Source: an uncultured Ruminococcus sp.
GTDB lineage: Bacteria > Bacillota > Clostridia > Oscillospirales > CAG-272
Assembly (NCBI GenBank): GCA_964638045.1
Contig: CAZWXE010000002.1
Location: 1-34,905, forward strand
DNA length: 34,905 bases
Direction of reading: 5' to 3'
Shown: in pieces, positions 17,766 to 26,966 of the stretch
Numbering within the stretch: the stretch's first letter is position 1
How the letters are laid out: the number at the start of each line of letters is the position of its first letter
Notes under the pieces: model-generated
What the model saw: only the letters and a program-made list of their open reading frames with translations
What the model was told of the DNA's origin: nothing
Database searches by the model: none
Program-made: the position numbers and the translations under genes

Positions 17766-18344
17766 TCAAAATCGGAAAATTCGTTCCGCGAATGCGGCGG
17801 CATCCTCTGTTTGATGAGTCACCAAAATGGCGGCCGCTCCGTTTTCCTGAAACCGCTTGCGCAAAAAAGCAATCAGTGTTTGCCGCCGCTCCTCGTCCAG
17901 AGCCGCAAACGGCTCGTCCAAAAGATACAGGTCGCCGTCATACACCAGCGCTCTTGCCAACGCAACACGGCTTTTCATGCCGCCGGACAGCTGCGCGGGG
18001 TAGAGTGCCGCACAATCAACCAAGCCCAACTCGGATAGGATCTCTTTCGCTTTTTGCGCATCCTCTTCGGTGGGACGGTCCAGTACGGCAAGCAGGTTTT
18101 CCAAAACGGTCAACCAAGGAAAAAGCCGCGGCTCCTGAAATACATACGCAGGCTTCACAAAGGAGGATTGAAGCGTCCCGGATTTCGGTTGCTTCAACCC
18201 CGCAATTAAATGCAACAGGGTGCTTTTTCCGCACCCGGATTCTCCCATCACTGCCAACAGCTCTCCGTCATTCAGTGTCAGGGATAGGTCATTCAAAACC
18301 TGCTTCTTTCCGTAAGCATAGGAAACGTGCTCAAGCTTCAGCAT
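17766..18344 (-). CDS. ABC transporter ATP-binding protein, NitT/TauT (SsuB/TauB-like) type, compact (192 aa)
   Basis: Walker A GESGCGKST, Q-loop, signature LSGGMKSR, Walker B LLDEPF, H-loop VTHQ. Overlaps the permease gene by 14 nt. Confidence 0.9.
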   Translation of the reverse strand: MLKLEHVSYAYGKKQVLNDLSLTLNDGELLAVMGESGCGKSTLLHLIAGLKQPKSGTLQSSFVKPAYVFQEPRLFPWLTVLENLLAVLDRPTEEDAQKAKEILSELGLVDCAALYPAQLSGGMKSRVALARALVYDGDLYLLDEPFAALDEERRQTLIAFLRKRFQENGAAAILVTHQTEDAAAFAERIFRF

Positions 18345-19104
18345 GCTCTTCGTACACCTCCTCGGTCGATGCTTTGTGAAACAGCTTGGAAAAGCAGAAT
18401 TCCACCAACAAGCTCAAAAGAATGACCGTCAAAGTCCATGCAAACATTTCGGATGTGAGAATATACAGCTTTGCTTCTCCGAGCATGGTGCCGACGGTGT
18501 TTTTGGGCATGGCGATGATTTCCGCGGCTATTCCCGCCTTCCATGCAAGTCCCACGGAGGTTCGGCAGGCGGAGATAAAATAAGGCTTGACCGAAGGAAG
18601 CAGCAACAGCCGCAGTCGCTTGAAAAACGGCATGCGATACGCCGTTGCCACCTCACGCAACAGCGGGTCTGTTTTTTTGAGCCCGACATCCAGATTGGTC
18701 CAAATGACGGGCAAAACAATCAGAAACGTAATAAAAGACGGAACACGGGAGGAGCCCAGCCAAATCAGTGCCAAGATGATAAAAGACGCCACCGGCGTTG
18801 CTTTGATAACGGACATCAACGGAAGCAGCAGGGTACGGAGCGGGGGGAGCTTGCAGGTGGCGACGGCAAGGACGCTGCCAAGCACCACTGCCGACACAAT
18901 GCCGGCGGTTACATTCCACAGGGAGCGGAGCGTTGCAACGTAAAAGGCTTTGGTTTGCAATAGTGAAAGCAATGTGGAAAACACCGAGAGTGGAGACGGG
19001 AAGAGCAGGGGCTTGTCCGCAAAATGTGCGGCAATGCCCCATACGGCAACCCAAAACAGTACCACCGCTACGGTGCGTACAGCTTTTTTCAGCGATCTCA
19101 TCAC
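18331..19104 (-). CDS. ABC transporter permease (SsuC/TauC-like BPD_transp_1), 257 aa
   Basis: Six TM segments with an EAA-like loop (REVATAYRMPFFKRLRLLLLP). Follows the binding-protein gene after a 3-nt gap. Confidence 0.9.
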   Translation of the reverse strand: MMRSLKKAVRTVAVVLFWVAVWGIAAHFADKPLLFPSPLSVFSTLLSLLQTKAFYVATLRSLWNVTAGIVSAVVLGSVLAVATCKLPPLRTLLLPLMSVIKATPVASFIILALIWLGSSRVPSFITFLIVLPVIWTNLDVGLKKTDPLLREVATAYRMPFFKRLRLLLLPSVKPYFISACRTSVGLAWKAGIAAEIIAMPKNTVGTMLGEAKLYILTSEMFAWTLTVILLSLLVEFCFSKLFHKASTEEVYEEHAEA

Positions 19105-19107
19105 CGT

Positions 19108-20100
19108 TTATTCCGCAGGATAGTAAAAATCCGCTTCCGGAAGCTTTCCGCCGATGGAGTTGGCATTGATGCCCATCAGAATGTTCAAATAAGCTTCCAT
19201 GGCGGTTTTCATTTCCGCACCGTCCAAATAGCAAACATTGCAGTTGGGGATGGCTTTTTTCGCAACGGGAGCGCTGTTGAAAATTCCTTGGTCCGCAATC
19301 ATCTGTGCGGCACTCTCCAAATCGGAGGAAAGATATTCGATAGAAGCTTGATAGTCCTTCAGGAATTGACGAACGGCCTCGGGATGCTCTTCCAAGAAAG
19401 CGGTGCGTACAACCACACAGCCTTGAACCAGCGAGCCGGGCGTCGAAACCTTGTTCCACTCCGCGGTCAAATCCATCACATTTTGAACGGTGACGCCGGC
19501 GCTCTTTCCGGCATTGGTTGCAATGGTCACCATGGGCTCCGGAAGTACAGCCAATTCAACCGTGCCGGATGCCACGGCATCCTTCAGATTGGCGGGTTGT
19601 GCATAGGAGGTGGAGTCAATAAAAATGTCTTTGCCGACTTCCAATCCGTTTTGTTGGCACAGATAAGAGAAAATAAAGGTGGGATTTTGTGCGGGAGCGT
19701 AAACGGTTTTACCTTTCAAATCCGCAAAGGAGGCAACGGAAGCGGAGCCCGTGTTCAGCAAATACAGGCAACCGAGGGTATTGACCGCCAAAATGCGCAC
19801 ACCGCCTTCTGTTTTGTTGTAAAGGTTTGCGGTAGCATTGGTGGGAAGCGCCGCAATGTCCGCGTCGCCGTTGGTCAATGCCGCAGTGACATCGGACGCG
19901 TCGCTTTTCACCGTTACGGTATAATTGCCGACAGGTTGCTCGGCATTGGCGTCGTTCATCAGCTTTGCCATGCCGAAGCCGGTTGTGCCGTTGAGCGTGT
20001 AAATGCGAATTTCGGTGTCATCCTTTTTTTCGCAGGCGGTTAAGCCGACGGCAAAAAGCATGGAAAGAACCAAGAGCAGGGAGAGCATACGTGTTTTCAT
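19108..20100 (-). CDS. ABC substrate-binding lipoprotein, NMT1/THI5-like (330 aa)
   Basis: Signal peptide with lipobox LTAC. Periplasmic-binding fold pattern typical of aliphatic sulfonate / nitrate / pyrimidine-precursor binding proteins. Confidence 0.85.
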   Translation of the reverse strand: MKTRMLSLLLVLSMLFAVGLTACEKKDDTEIRIYTLNGTTGFGMAKLMNDANAEQPVGNYTVTVKSDASDVTAALTNGDADIAALPTNATANLYNKTEGGVRILAVNTLGCLYLLNTGSASVASFADLKGKTVYAPAQNPTFIFSYLCQQNGLEVGKDIFIDSTSYAQPANLKDAVASGTVELAVLPEPMVTIATNAGKSAGVTVQNVMDLTAEWNKVSTPGSLVQGCVVVRTAFLEEHPEAVRQFLKDYQASIEYLSSDLESAAQMIADQGIFNSAPVAKKAIPNCNVCYLDGAEMKTAMEAYLNILMGINANSIGGKLPEADFYYPAE

Positions 20101-20128
20101 AGTCGTGTTTCCTTTTCTTTTTTGTTTT

Positions 20129-20797
20129 TTATAAATATGCTTGCAGCATATTTTCGAGGTTTAAAATGCGGATGCTTCTTCCGCTTTTGACGATGAAGCC
20201 GTCGGCAATCAAACGGTCAAAGGCACGGTAAAGAGAAGCTCTTCCGACATCCAGCAGTTCGGATAGCGCGGAGATGGATTCGGTTAAATAAACCGTATCG
20301 CTACCGAGCGAGTGAAGATACCAAACCAGCTTGCGTTCGGCACTTCCCGCCGTTAAATATCCGATTTTTCGGTTCAAATAGGAAATGCGCCCGGAAAGAA
20401 AGCCGAGGTAGTTGTACAAAAAAGTGCGGTCGTTTTCCAGCAGTACCGAAAAGGCTTGCTCCGGGAAGAAAAACACTTCGCATTCTCCGCAGGCGCGAAT
20501 GACGCTTGCATAAGAGTTTTCGGAAAAAAAGTTGGCAATTCCAAACAGCTCTCCCGTTTTCAAAAAGCGAAGCAGGCTTCCTTTGGTCGGATGCGGAGTG
20601 CTGACGGATGCTTTGCCGCAGAGCACAATCCCCGCCTTTTTTTGTGCGAATGAGGGGGCATGAATGAGCTCTCCGTCCGAAAAAAGCACCGCTCGACAGC
20701 CTTGCTCGCAAAGCACTGCGTTTAAGGTGTCTTGATTGACGTTTCGAAACAGCGGATTTTTCAAAATGATTTCAATTTGTTTTTCTTTTTTCATCAT
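20129..20797 (-). CDS. Crp/Fnr-family transcriptional regulator (about 221 aa)
   Basis: N-terminal cNMP-binding-like beta-roll and C-terminal HTH (RASLYRAFDRLIADGFI). The second ATG (20794) has better spacing to GGAG than the first. Confidence 0.85.
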   Translation of the reverse strand: MMKKEKQIEIILKNPLFRNVNQDTLNAVLCEQGCRAVLFSDGELIHAPSFAQKKAGIVLCGKASVSTPHPTKGSLLRFLKTGELFGIANFFSENSYASVIRACGECEVFFFPEQAFSVLLENDRTFLYNYLGFLSGRISYLNRKIGYLTAGSAERKLVWYLHSLGSDTVYLTESISALSELLDVGRASLYRAFDRLIADGFIVKSGRSIRILNLENMLQAYL

Positions 20798-20824
20798 TGC
20801 TCCGTTTTTGTATCATTTGAGACA

Positions 20825-20853
20825 ATTATAGCAAAACAAAAGGATGTTGTCAA
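20825..20853 (-). promoter_or_regulatory. Exact-consensus sigma-A promoter for the crp-ABC operon
   Basis: Minus strand reads TTGACA (20853-20848), 17 nt, TATAAT (20830-20825). Confidence 0.7.
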
Positions 20854-20980
20854 GTGAAAAAATCAAATTCTCGATTTTTTTCTTCATTACTTGTGCGAAC
20901 CGAAGGAGGTCATTGCTGGTGTTACGGTTTGCTAAAATGCTTTTTTCTCCGAAAATCAAGATGAAAAAGCGAAAAAACTA

Positions 20981-21009
20981 TTTACTTTTCGCTTTTTTTC
21001 GTGTATACT
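20981..21009 (+). promoter_or_regulatory. Candidate promoter for the nucleotidyltransferase, galE, galM unit
   Basis: TTTACT, 17 nt, TATACT, 32 nt upstream of the ATG at 21041. GGAGG RBS at 21029-21033. Confidence 0.5.
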
Positions 21010-21040
21010 ATGAGGTGAAAAAACATTTGGAGGTTTCACT

Positions 21041-21952
21041 ATGAAATTGGTTATTTTGGCTGCCGGCCTGGGCTCTCGCTACGGTGGCCTGAAGCAATTG
21101 GACCCGATGACGGCTTATGGGGAATTTATCATCGATTTTTCCGTTTACGATGCCATTCGCGCAGGCTTTGACCATGTTGTTTTCATCATCAAAGAGGAAA
21201 ACCTGGAGCAATTTAAGCAAACCATCGGCAATCGCGTGGAAAAGAAGATTCGCGTTTCCTATGCATTCCAAGACAGTGAGGAGCTTCCCGCCGGCTTCAC
21301 CGTGCCGGAAGGCAGAACAAAGCCGTGGGGGACCGGTCACGCCATTTACTGCGTCCGTCATTTGGTGGATGAAAATTTTGCCGTTATCAACGCGGATGAT
21401 TTTTACGGCAGAGATACCTTTGTACAGCTGGCCAAGCACCTGAAGCATGCGGGCTCGGTCAACGGACGTGCGCAGCATTGCATGGTCGGCTTTGCGCTCG
21501 GAAATACCCTGACCGAAAACGGCACGGTTTCCCGCGGTCAGTGTGAGGTGGACGCAAACGGAATGCTGACCAGCGTCACCGAGCGTACCAAAATCATGAA
21601 GAAGGAAAATTGCGCCGCATACCTTGACGATGACGGAACCACCTGGGTGGATGTGCCCTTTTCCACCGTTGTTTCCATGAATTGCTGGGGCTTTACGCCT
21701 GCGATTTTTGACGATTTGGAAGCGGATTTCTCCGAATTCTTGAAGCACATTGATCAAAATCCGCTCAAAGCGGAATATTATCTGCCTTCCGCGGTGGATG
21801 CTCAGCGGAAGAAGGGGCTTTGCGATGTTTCGGTGTATCCCACCGATTCCGTATGGCAGGGTATTACCTACCACGAGGATAAGGCAAGGGTAAAGGAAGC
21901 CATTCGCGCTTTGATTGAACAGGGCGAATACCCGGAGCAGCTTTGGAAATAA
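21041..21952 (+). CDS. Sugar-phosphate nucleotidyltransferase family protein (303 aa)
   Basis: N-terminal NTP-transferase signature LAAGLGSRYGGLKQL and an INADDFYG motif. Specificity is not recognisable. Confidence 0.8.
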   Translation: MKLVILAAGLGSRYGGLKQLDPMTAYGEFIIDFSVYDAIRAGFDHVVFIIKEENLEQFKQTIGNRVEKKIRVSYAFQDSEELPAGFTVPEGRTKPWGTGHAIYCVRHLVDENFAVINADDFYGRDTFVQLAKHLKHAGSVNGRAQHCMVGFALGNTLTENGTVSRGQCEVDANGMLTSVTERTKIMKKENCAAYLDDDGTTWVDVPFSTVVSMNCWGFTPAIFDDLEADFSEFLKHIDQNPLKAEYYLPSAVDAQRKKGLCDVSVYPTDSVWQGITYHEDKARVKEAIRALIEQGEYPEQLWK

Positions 21953-22003
21953 TTGCTTGACTGTTGAAAAAATATTGATGCGAAAAGGAAGGTTTACAAT
22001 ACC

Positions 22004-23023
22004 ATGTCTATTTTGATTACAGGCGGTGCCGGATTCATCGGTTCCCATACCGCGGTTGAATTTTTGAACGCCGGCTACGATATTGTCGTGGCGGACAATT
22101 ACTACAACAGCTGCCCGAAGGCATTGGATCGGGTACGCGAAATCACGGGAAAGGATTTTCCCGCTTACGAGGTTGACCTTTGCGACAAGGCCGCTTTGGA
22201 GAAAGTGTTTACTGAAAATCCGGACATCGATTCCGCCATTCATTTTGCAGGTCTGAAGGCCGTGGGTGAATCGGTTGCAAAGCCCGGCTTGTATTACTAT
22301 AACAACCTGACCAGCACCCTGAATTTGGTGGAGTTGTTGGCAAAGTACGATGCAAAGAAGATTGTGTTCAGCTCCTCCGCCACTGTTTACGGAATGCCGA
22401 AAACCGTTCCGATTTCGGAGGATTTCCCGCTTTCCACCACCAATCCCTACGGCGAAACCAAGCTGATGATTGAGCGTATCCTCAAGGATATTTGGGTTTC
22501 CGACAATGAATGGAGTGTTTCCATCCTTCGTTACTTCAATCCCATCGGCGCACACAAGAGCGGCTTAATCGGCGAAAATCCGAGAGGCATTCCCAACAAC
22601 CTGCTTCCTTACGTTGCAAAGGTTGCCGCGGGACAGCTTCCTTGCCTGTCGGTGTTCGGCAATGATTACGATACCCCGGACGGAACAGGCGTTCGCGATT
22701 ATATCCATGTGGTAGACCTTGCAAAGGCGCATTTAAAGGCATTGGAGCGCGCATCCACGGTGTCCGGTGTAGAGTACTTCAACATCGGTACCGGAACTGG
22801 ATACTCCGTGCTGGATATCATTCATGCATACGAAAAAGCAACCGGATTAAAGGTTGCGTACAAGGTGGTGGACCGTCGTCCGGGTGACATTGCAACCTGC
22901 TATGCGGACCCGAAAAAGGCTTACGAGGTTCTCGGCTGGAAGGCGGAAAACGGCATTGACGACATGTGCCGCGACCTTGCAAATTGGATGAAGAAAAATC
23001 CCAACGGCTATGAAGAAGCGTAA
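22004..23023 (+). CDS. galE: UDP-glucose 4-epimerase (339 aa)
   Basis: ILITGGAGFIGSH Rossmann motif, SSSATVYG, catalytic YGETK, and a GalE-typical C-terminal region (DYIHVVDLAKAH). Confidence 0.95.
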   Translation: MSILITGGAGFIGSHTAVEFLNAGYDIVVADNYYNSCPKALDRVREITGKDFPAYEVDLCDKAALEKVFTENPDIDSAIHFAGLKAVGESVAKPGLYYYNNLTSTLNLVELLAKYDAKKIVFSSSATVYGMPKTVPISEDFPLSTTNPYGETKLMIERILKDIWVSDNEWSVSILRYFNPIGAHKSGLIGENPRGIPNNLLPYVAKVAAGQLPCLSVFGNDYDTPDGTGVRDYIHVVDLAKAHLKALERASTVSGVEYFNIGTGTGYSVLDIIHAYEKATGLKVAYKVVDRRPGDIATCYADPKKAYEVLGWKAENGIDDMCRDLANWMKKNPNGYEEA

Positions 23024-23036
23024 TTGAGGTGACACG

Positions 23037-24095
23037 ATGATTACAAAGCAATATTTCGGCACCTTGGAAAACGGAGAAAGCGTATACAGCTACACCATGA
23101 AAAACAGCTCCGGCATGACCGTTCGCATTTGCGAGTTCGGCGGTGCCATTATGGAAATCAAGACCCCCGACCGTTTGGGGAGACTGACCGACGTGGTTGC
23201 GGGTTATGATTCCCTGAGAGATTACGTGCTCGGAGACGGATACATCGGTGCCTTAATCGGAAGATTCGGCAATCGCATTGCCAAAGGCCGCTACAAGCTG
23301 GACGGCAAGGAGTACCGTGCTTTCGGCAACGACGGCGAAAATTCTCTCCACGGCGGAAAGGTCGGCTTTTCGCACCGCGTTTGGTCGGTAAAGGCCGAGG
23401 ACGGAGAAGAGCCGCGGTTGGTTCTTTCCTTGGTTTCTCCGGACGGTGAGGAAGGGTATCCCGGAACCTTGAAGGTGACCGTGACCTATACGCTGCTGGC
23501 TTTCAATGCACTTTCCATTCGCTATCAGGCAACCACCGACAAAAAAACCATTTTGAACCTTACCAATCACGCTTATTTCAATTTGGGCGGGTATGCTTCC
23601 GGCAAAATTTTCGACCACGTCCTTCAAATGGATGCCGATTGCTATTTGCCTACGGACAAAACGCTGATTCCGACGGGAGAGCTTCGCAAGGTGACGGGTA
23701 CGCCGTTTGATTTCCGTGAGCCGAAGACCATCGGGCAGGATTTTGACATGAGCAACGAAGACATTCAAACTGCCGGCGGATATGACCACTGCTTCTGCTT
23801 TACCGGTGGAGAAAGCAAGGAGCCCGTGCTTCGCATTGAAGCATACGAGCCCAACAGCGGACGTTTGATGCAGGTGTACACCAACATGCCCTGCGTGCAG
23901 TTTTACAGCGGCAATTTCCTCGGCAATGCCGAGCATCCCTTCAAGGGCGGCTTCCCGCAAGCCAAGCAGGCGGCATTCTGCCTGGAGACGCAGAAAATGC
24001 CGGATGCAGTCAACCATCCGAACTTCACCGATGTTACACTGAGCCCGGATGAGGCTTACGATTACACCACGGTGTACCGTTTTTCCGTAAAATAA
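23037..24095 (+). CDS. galM: Aldose 1-epimerase / galactose mutarotase (352 aa)
   Basis: GRFGNRIA, SLHGG, NLTNHAYFNL and a catalytic Glu context (CLETQ). GAGGTG RBS. Confidence 0.92.
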   Translation: MITKQYFGTLENGESVYSYTMKNSSGMTVRICEFGGAIMEIKTPDRLGRLTDVVAGYDSLRDYVLGDGYIGALIGRFGNRIAKGRYKLDGKEYRAFGNDGENSLHGGKVGFSHRVWSVKAEDGEEPRLVLSLVSPDGEEGYPGTLKVTVTYTLLAFNALSIRYQATTDKKTILNLTNHAYFNLGGYASGKIFDHVLQMDADCYLPTDKTLIPTGELRKVTGTPFDFREPKTIGQDFDMSNEDIQTAGGYDHCFCFTGGESKEPVLRIEAYEPNSGRLMQVYTNMPCVQFYSGNFLGNAEHPFKGGFPQAKQAAFCLETQKMPDAVNHPNFTDVTLSPDEAYDYTTVYRFSVK

Positions 24096-24107
24096 AATAT
24101 TCAAAAT

Positions 24108-24164
24108 CGGCAAGTATGTGTTCCTTCAAAAAAGGCAGACATGCTTGCCGGTTCTATTTTTCTC
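24108..24164 (+). terminator. Intrinsic terminator after galM
   Basis: 12-bp stem (24108-24119 / 24139-24150, one G-U pair) followed by a T-rich tract TTCTATTTTTCTC. It contains the ORF-track ATG at 24141, which argues for the downstream start of the next gene. Confidence 0.65.
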
Positions 24165-24197
24165 GGCCGTTTCATAGTCTGTGTCGAGGTGATGAAT

Positions 24198-25388
24198 ATG
24201 AAAAAGCAGTTCAACAGGCGAGCATTGACATTTTTTCTTGCGCTTTCCATGCTGTTTTCGTGCTCTGCGGTGTGCAGTGCCCAAAACGAAACGTCGAACG
24301 CTCAACCGATTGCCGTAACCGACGCGCAGGAAATGAGTTTTCAATGCAAAAGCGCTGTTTTGATGGAGGAATCCACCGGGACGGTGTTGTTTGCGCAAAA
24401 CGCCGAGGAGGCCATGCCGCCAGCCTCGGTTACCAAAATTATGACGCTGCTGTTGGTGATGGAGGCAATCGATGCGGGTGTCATTCATTTGGATGACACG
24501 GTTACGGTTTCCGCAAATGCGGCATCCATGGGAGGCTCCCAGATTTTTTTGAAGGAAGGGGAGCAAATGAAGCTGGAGGACCTGCTGAAAAGCGTGGTGA
24601 TTGCTTCCGCCAACGATGCCGCCGTTGCTCTTGCGGAATATATCTGCGGCAGTGTGGACGTTTTTGTTCAAAAAATGAATCAAAGGGCAGCGGAGCTGGG
24701 AATGGAAAATACCACCTTTGAAAACGTCACGGGGCTTGACGACACGGCGGTCAATCATTTAACCAGTGCAAAGGACATTGCGCTGATGTCGCGGGCCTTA
24801 ATTGCACATCCTACCATTCTGCAATACAGCTCCATCTGGATGGACACCATTCGGGACGGCGCGTTCGGGCTGACCAACACCAACCGCTTGGTGCGTTTTT
24901 ACAACGGATGCACCGGCTTGAAAACCGGCTCCACCGCCAAGGCCGGGTTCTGCGTCAGCGTCACCGCAAAAAGAAACGGCCTCTCGTTGATTTGCGTCAT
25001 CATGGGCGCGGAGTCTCGCGACATTCGCAATACCGAGGCCGCAAAGCTGCTGGATTGGGGATTCGCAAGCTTCGGTTTGTATCAAGCCGAAGCAACGGAG
25101 GACGTTGCAATTCCCGTTTTGGGAGGGATGAAGGACAGCTGTGCGCTGTCTGCCGAGCCGTTTTCCTGTGTGCTTTCGAAAACAAAGCTGTCCGAGGTAC
25201 AGCAAACCGTTCGGCTTCCCGAAAGCGTGACCGCTCCCGTAAAGGCGGGAGAGCAAATCGGAGAAATTGCTTTTTCGGTAGACGGAGAGCAAATCGGCAG
25301 TGTTCCGCTGTGCGCATCGGAAGAAATTCGAAGGATTGATTTCTTTGAAATTTTCAAAAGAATGCTGGCAAAATTTCTTCTGATATAG
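24198..25388 (+). CDS. D-alanyl-D-alanine carboxypeptidase (S11, PBP5/DacB-like), 396 aa
   Basis: Signal peptide, SVTKIMT (SxxK), SANDAA (SxN) and KTGST (KTG). Start at the ATG at 24198, 8 nt after GAGG. Confidence 0.9.
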   Translation: MKKQFNRRALTFFLALSMLFSCSAVCSAQNETSNAQPIAVTDAQEMSFQCKSAVLMEESTGTVLFAQNAEEAMPPASVTKIMTLLLVMEAIDAGVIHLDDTVTVSANAASMGGSQIFLKEGEQMKLEDLLKSVVIASANDAAVALAEYICGSVDVFVQKMNQRAAELGMENTTFENVTGLDDTAVNHLTSAKDIALMSRALIAHPTILQYSSIWMDTIRDGAFGLTNTNRLVRFYNGCTGLKTGSTAKAGFCVSVTAKRNGLSLICVIMGAESRDIRNTEAAKLLDWGFASFGLYQAEATEDVAIPVLGGMKDSCALSAEPFSCVLSKTKLSEVQQTVRLPESVTAPVKAGEQIGEIAFSVDGEQIGSVPLCASEEIRRIDFFEIFKRMLAKFLLI

Positions 25389-25457
25389 TTTTCGGGGAAC
25401 ACTGCGCGTGAAAAATCAAAAGTCCGGTCCCTTTCGCATTTTTTTACGGAAAAGCCC

Positions 25458-25486
25458 TTGCTTTTACCTTGGAAATGATGTATAAT
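25458..25486 (+). promoter_or_regulatory. Candidate sigma-A promoter for pgi
   Basis: TTGCTT, 17 nt, TATAAT, 38 nt upstream of the ATG at 25524. Confidence 0.6.
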
Positions 25487-25523
25487 ATTTGTCGAAATTT
25501 CAAACAAAGGACGGTTTTCATTC

Positions 25524-26864
25524 ATGTCAATTACTTTGAACGACAAGTATGTTTCCACATTCATCCGTGCTCATGAGTACGAGCAAATTCAACCGCAGGT
25601 GACCCTGGCCGACCAAATGCTGAGAACGAAAACAGGAGCGGGGAAGGATTTTCTCGGTTGGCTCCACCTTCCGGAAGAATACGACAAGGAAGAATTCTCC
25701 CGCATTCAGGCATGTGCGAAAAAGATTCAAAAAAGCTGTGATATCCTGATTGTCATCGGAATCGGCGGCTCTTATCTGGGTGCCCGTGCGGTAATCGAAT
25801 ACCTCAAGTCTCCGCTTTACAACAGCTTGAAGAAGGATACTCCCGACATTTATTTTGCCGGAAACGTCATCAGCGCGGACGCGCTCAACGAGCTCCTTGC
25901 ACTGTGTGAAGGAAAGGATGTTTGCGTCAACGTGATTTCCAAGTCCGGCACCACCACCGAGCCGGCAATTGCCTTCCGTGTATTCCGTTCGCTTTTGGAA
26001 GACAAATACGGCAAAGAGGGTGCGAAGGAGCGTATTTTCGTTACCACCGACAGAGCAAAGGGCACCCTGAAGCAGTTTTCCACCGATGCCGGATACGAAA
26101 CCTTTGTTGTACCGGACGATGTGGGAGGACGCTTCTCCGTTTTGACCGCGGTCGGCCTGCTTCCCATTGCCGTGGCGGGCATTGACATTGTCAAGCTGAT
26201 GGAGGGCGCCGCTGCCGCAAGCCATCGCTACGAGGATGCGGACATTCAAAAGAACGATTGCTACCGTTATGCCGCAATCCGCAACATTTTGTACCGCAAG
26301 GGCAAGTCCATCGAGGTCCTCGTCGGATACGAGCCCTTTGCCGCAATGTTCAACGAGTGGTGGAAGCAGCTGTACGGCGAAAGCGAAGGCAAGGACCAAC
26401 GCGGCATTTATCCGTCCTCCGTTATTTTCTCCACCGACCTGCACTCTCTCGGCCAGTTCATTCAGGACGGCAGCCGCAATATGTTCGAAACCGTTGTCGA
26501 AATCGAAAACACGGGCAGCGAGTTTACCATTCCCAATGATCCGGCAAACATTGACGGACTCAACTTCCTCTCCGGAATGCCTCTCAATCAGGTCAAGAAG
26601 ACCGCAATGCAGGGCACCATTTTGGCACATGTGGACGGCGGAGTTCCCAATATTCTGTTACAGGTCAGCGACAGAAACGAGTATGTTCTCGGAGAGCTTT
26701 TGTACTTCTTCGAATTGGCTTGCGCGATTTCCGGTTACCTCCTTTCCGTAAATCCCTTTGACCAGCCCGGTGTCGAATCCTACAAGAAGAACATGTTCGC
26801 TTTGCTCGGTAAGCCCGGTTATGAATCGCTTCGCGGCGAACTGGAGGAACGGTTGAAAAATTAA
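25524..26864 (+). CDS. pgi: Glucose-6-phosphate isomerase (446 aa, Gram-positive short type)
   Basis: [23 protein letters not shown] and ESEGK motifs. Confidence 0.95.
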   Translation: MSITLNDKYVSTFIRAHEYEQIQPQVTLADQMLRTKTGAGKDFLGWLHLPEEYDKEEFSRIQACAKKIQKSCDILIVIGIGGSYLGARAVIEYLKSPLYNSLKKDTPDIYFAGNVISADALNELLALCEGKDVCVNVISKSGTTTEPAIAFRVFRSLLEDKYGKEGAKERIFVTTDRAKGTLKQFSTDAGYETFVVPDDVGGRFSVLTAVGLLPIAVAGIDIVKLMEGAAAASHRYEDADIQKNDCYRYAAIRNILYRKGKSIEVLVGYEPFAAMFNEWWKQLYGESEGKDQRGIYPSSVIFSTDLHSLGQFIQDGSRNMFETVVEIENTGSEFTIPNDPANIDGLNFLSGMPLNQVKKTAMQGTILAHVDGGVPNILLQVSDRNEYVLGELLYFFELACAISGYLLSVNPFDQPGVESYKKNMFALLGKPGYESLRGELEERLKN

Positions 26865-26884
26865 CCGAAAACTCAAAAAAACTA

Positions 26885-26913
26885 TTGACTTTATTCGTAG
26901 AATTTGCTATAAT
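26885..26913 (+). promoter_or_regulatory. Near-consensus sigma-A promoter for the small P-loop ORF (and probably topB)
   Basis: TTGACT, 17 nt, TATAAT. Confidence 0.7.
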
Positions 26914-26966
26914 GTAGGCAGAGGATGGAATCGAATTTTCATCCGAATTACTGGGAGGTAAAACGT

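Noticed and set aside
21008-22555. Very long antisense ORFs. Examples: 21008..22555 (515 aa, spanning the nucleotidyltransferase/galE junction), 31423..32883 (486 aa), 29914..31098 (394 aa), 25527..26630 (367 aa), 19024..20043, 12994..13983, 9129..10094, 16799..17803, 23253..24113, 28035..28883 and 15346..16050.
   Set aside because: Each lies opposite a gene with unmistakable family motifs. Their translations are low-complexity and rich in G/R/N/H/I with no recognisable motifs. They lack RBS-supported starts. Stop-codon depletion in the antisense frame is a known by-product of codon bias in moderately GC-rich genes.
25389-25457. Possible terminator after the carboxypeptidase gene (T7 at about 25435..25441)
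   Set aside because: I could not draw a convincing stem immediately upstream of the T-run. Only a 3-4 bp GCG/CGC pairing with bulges is available.
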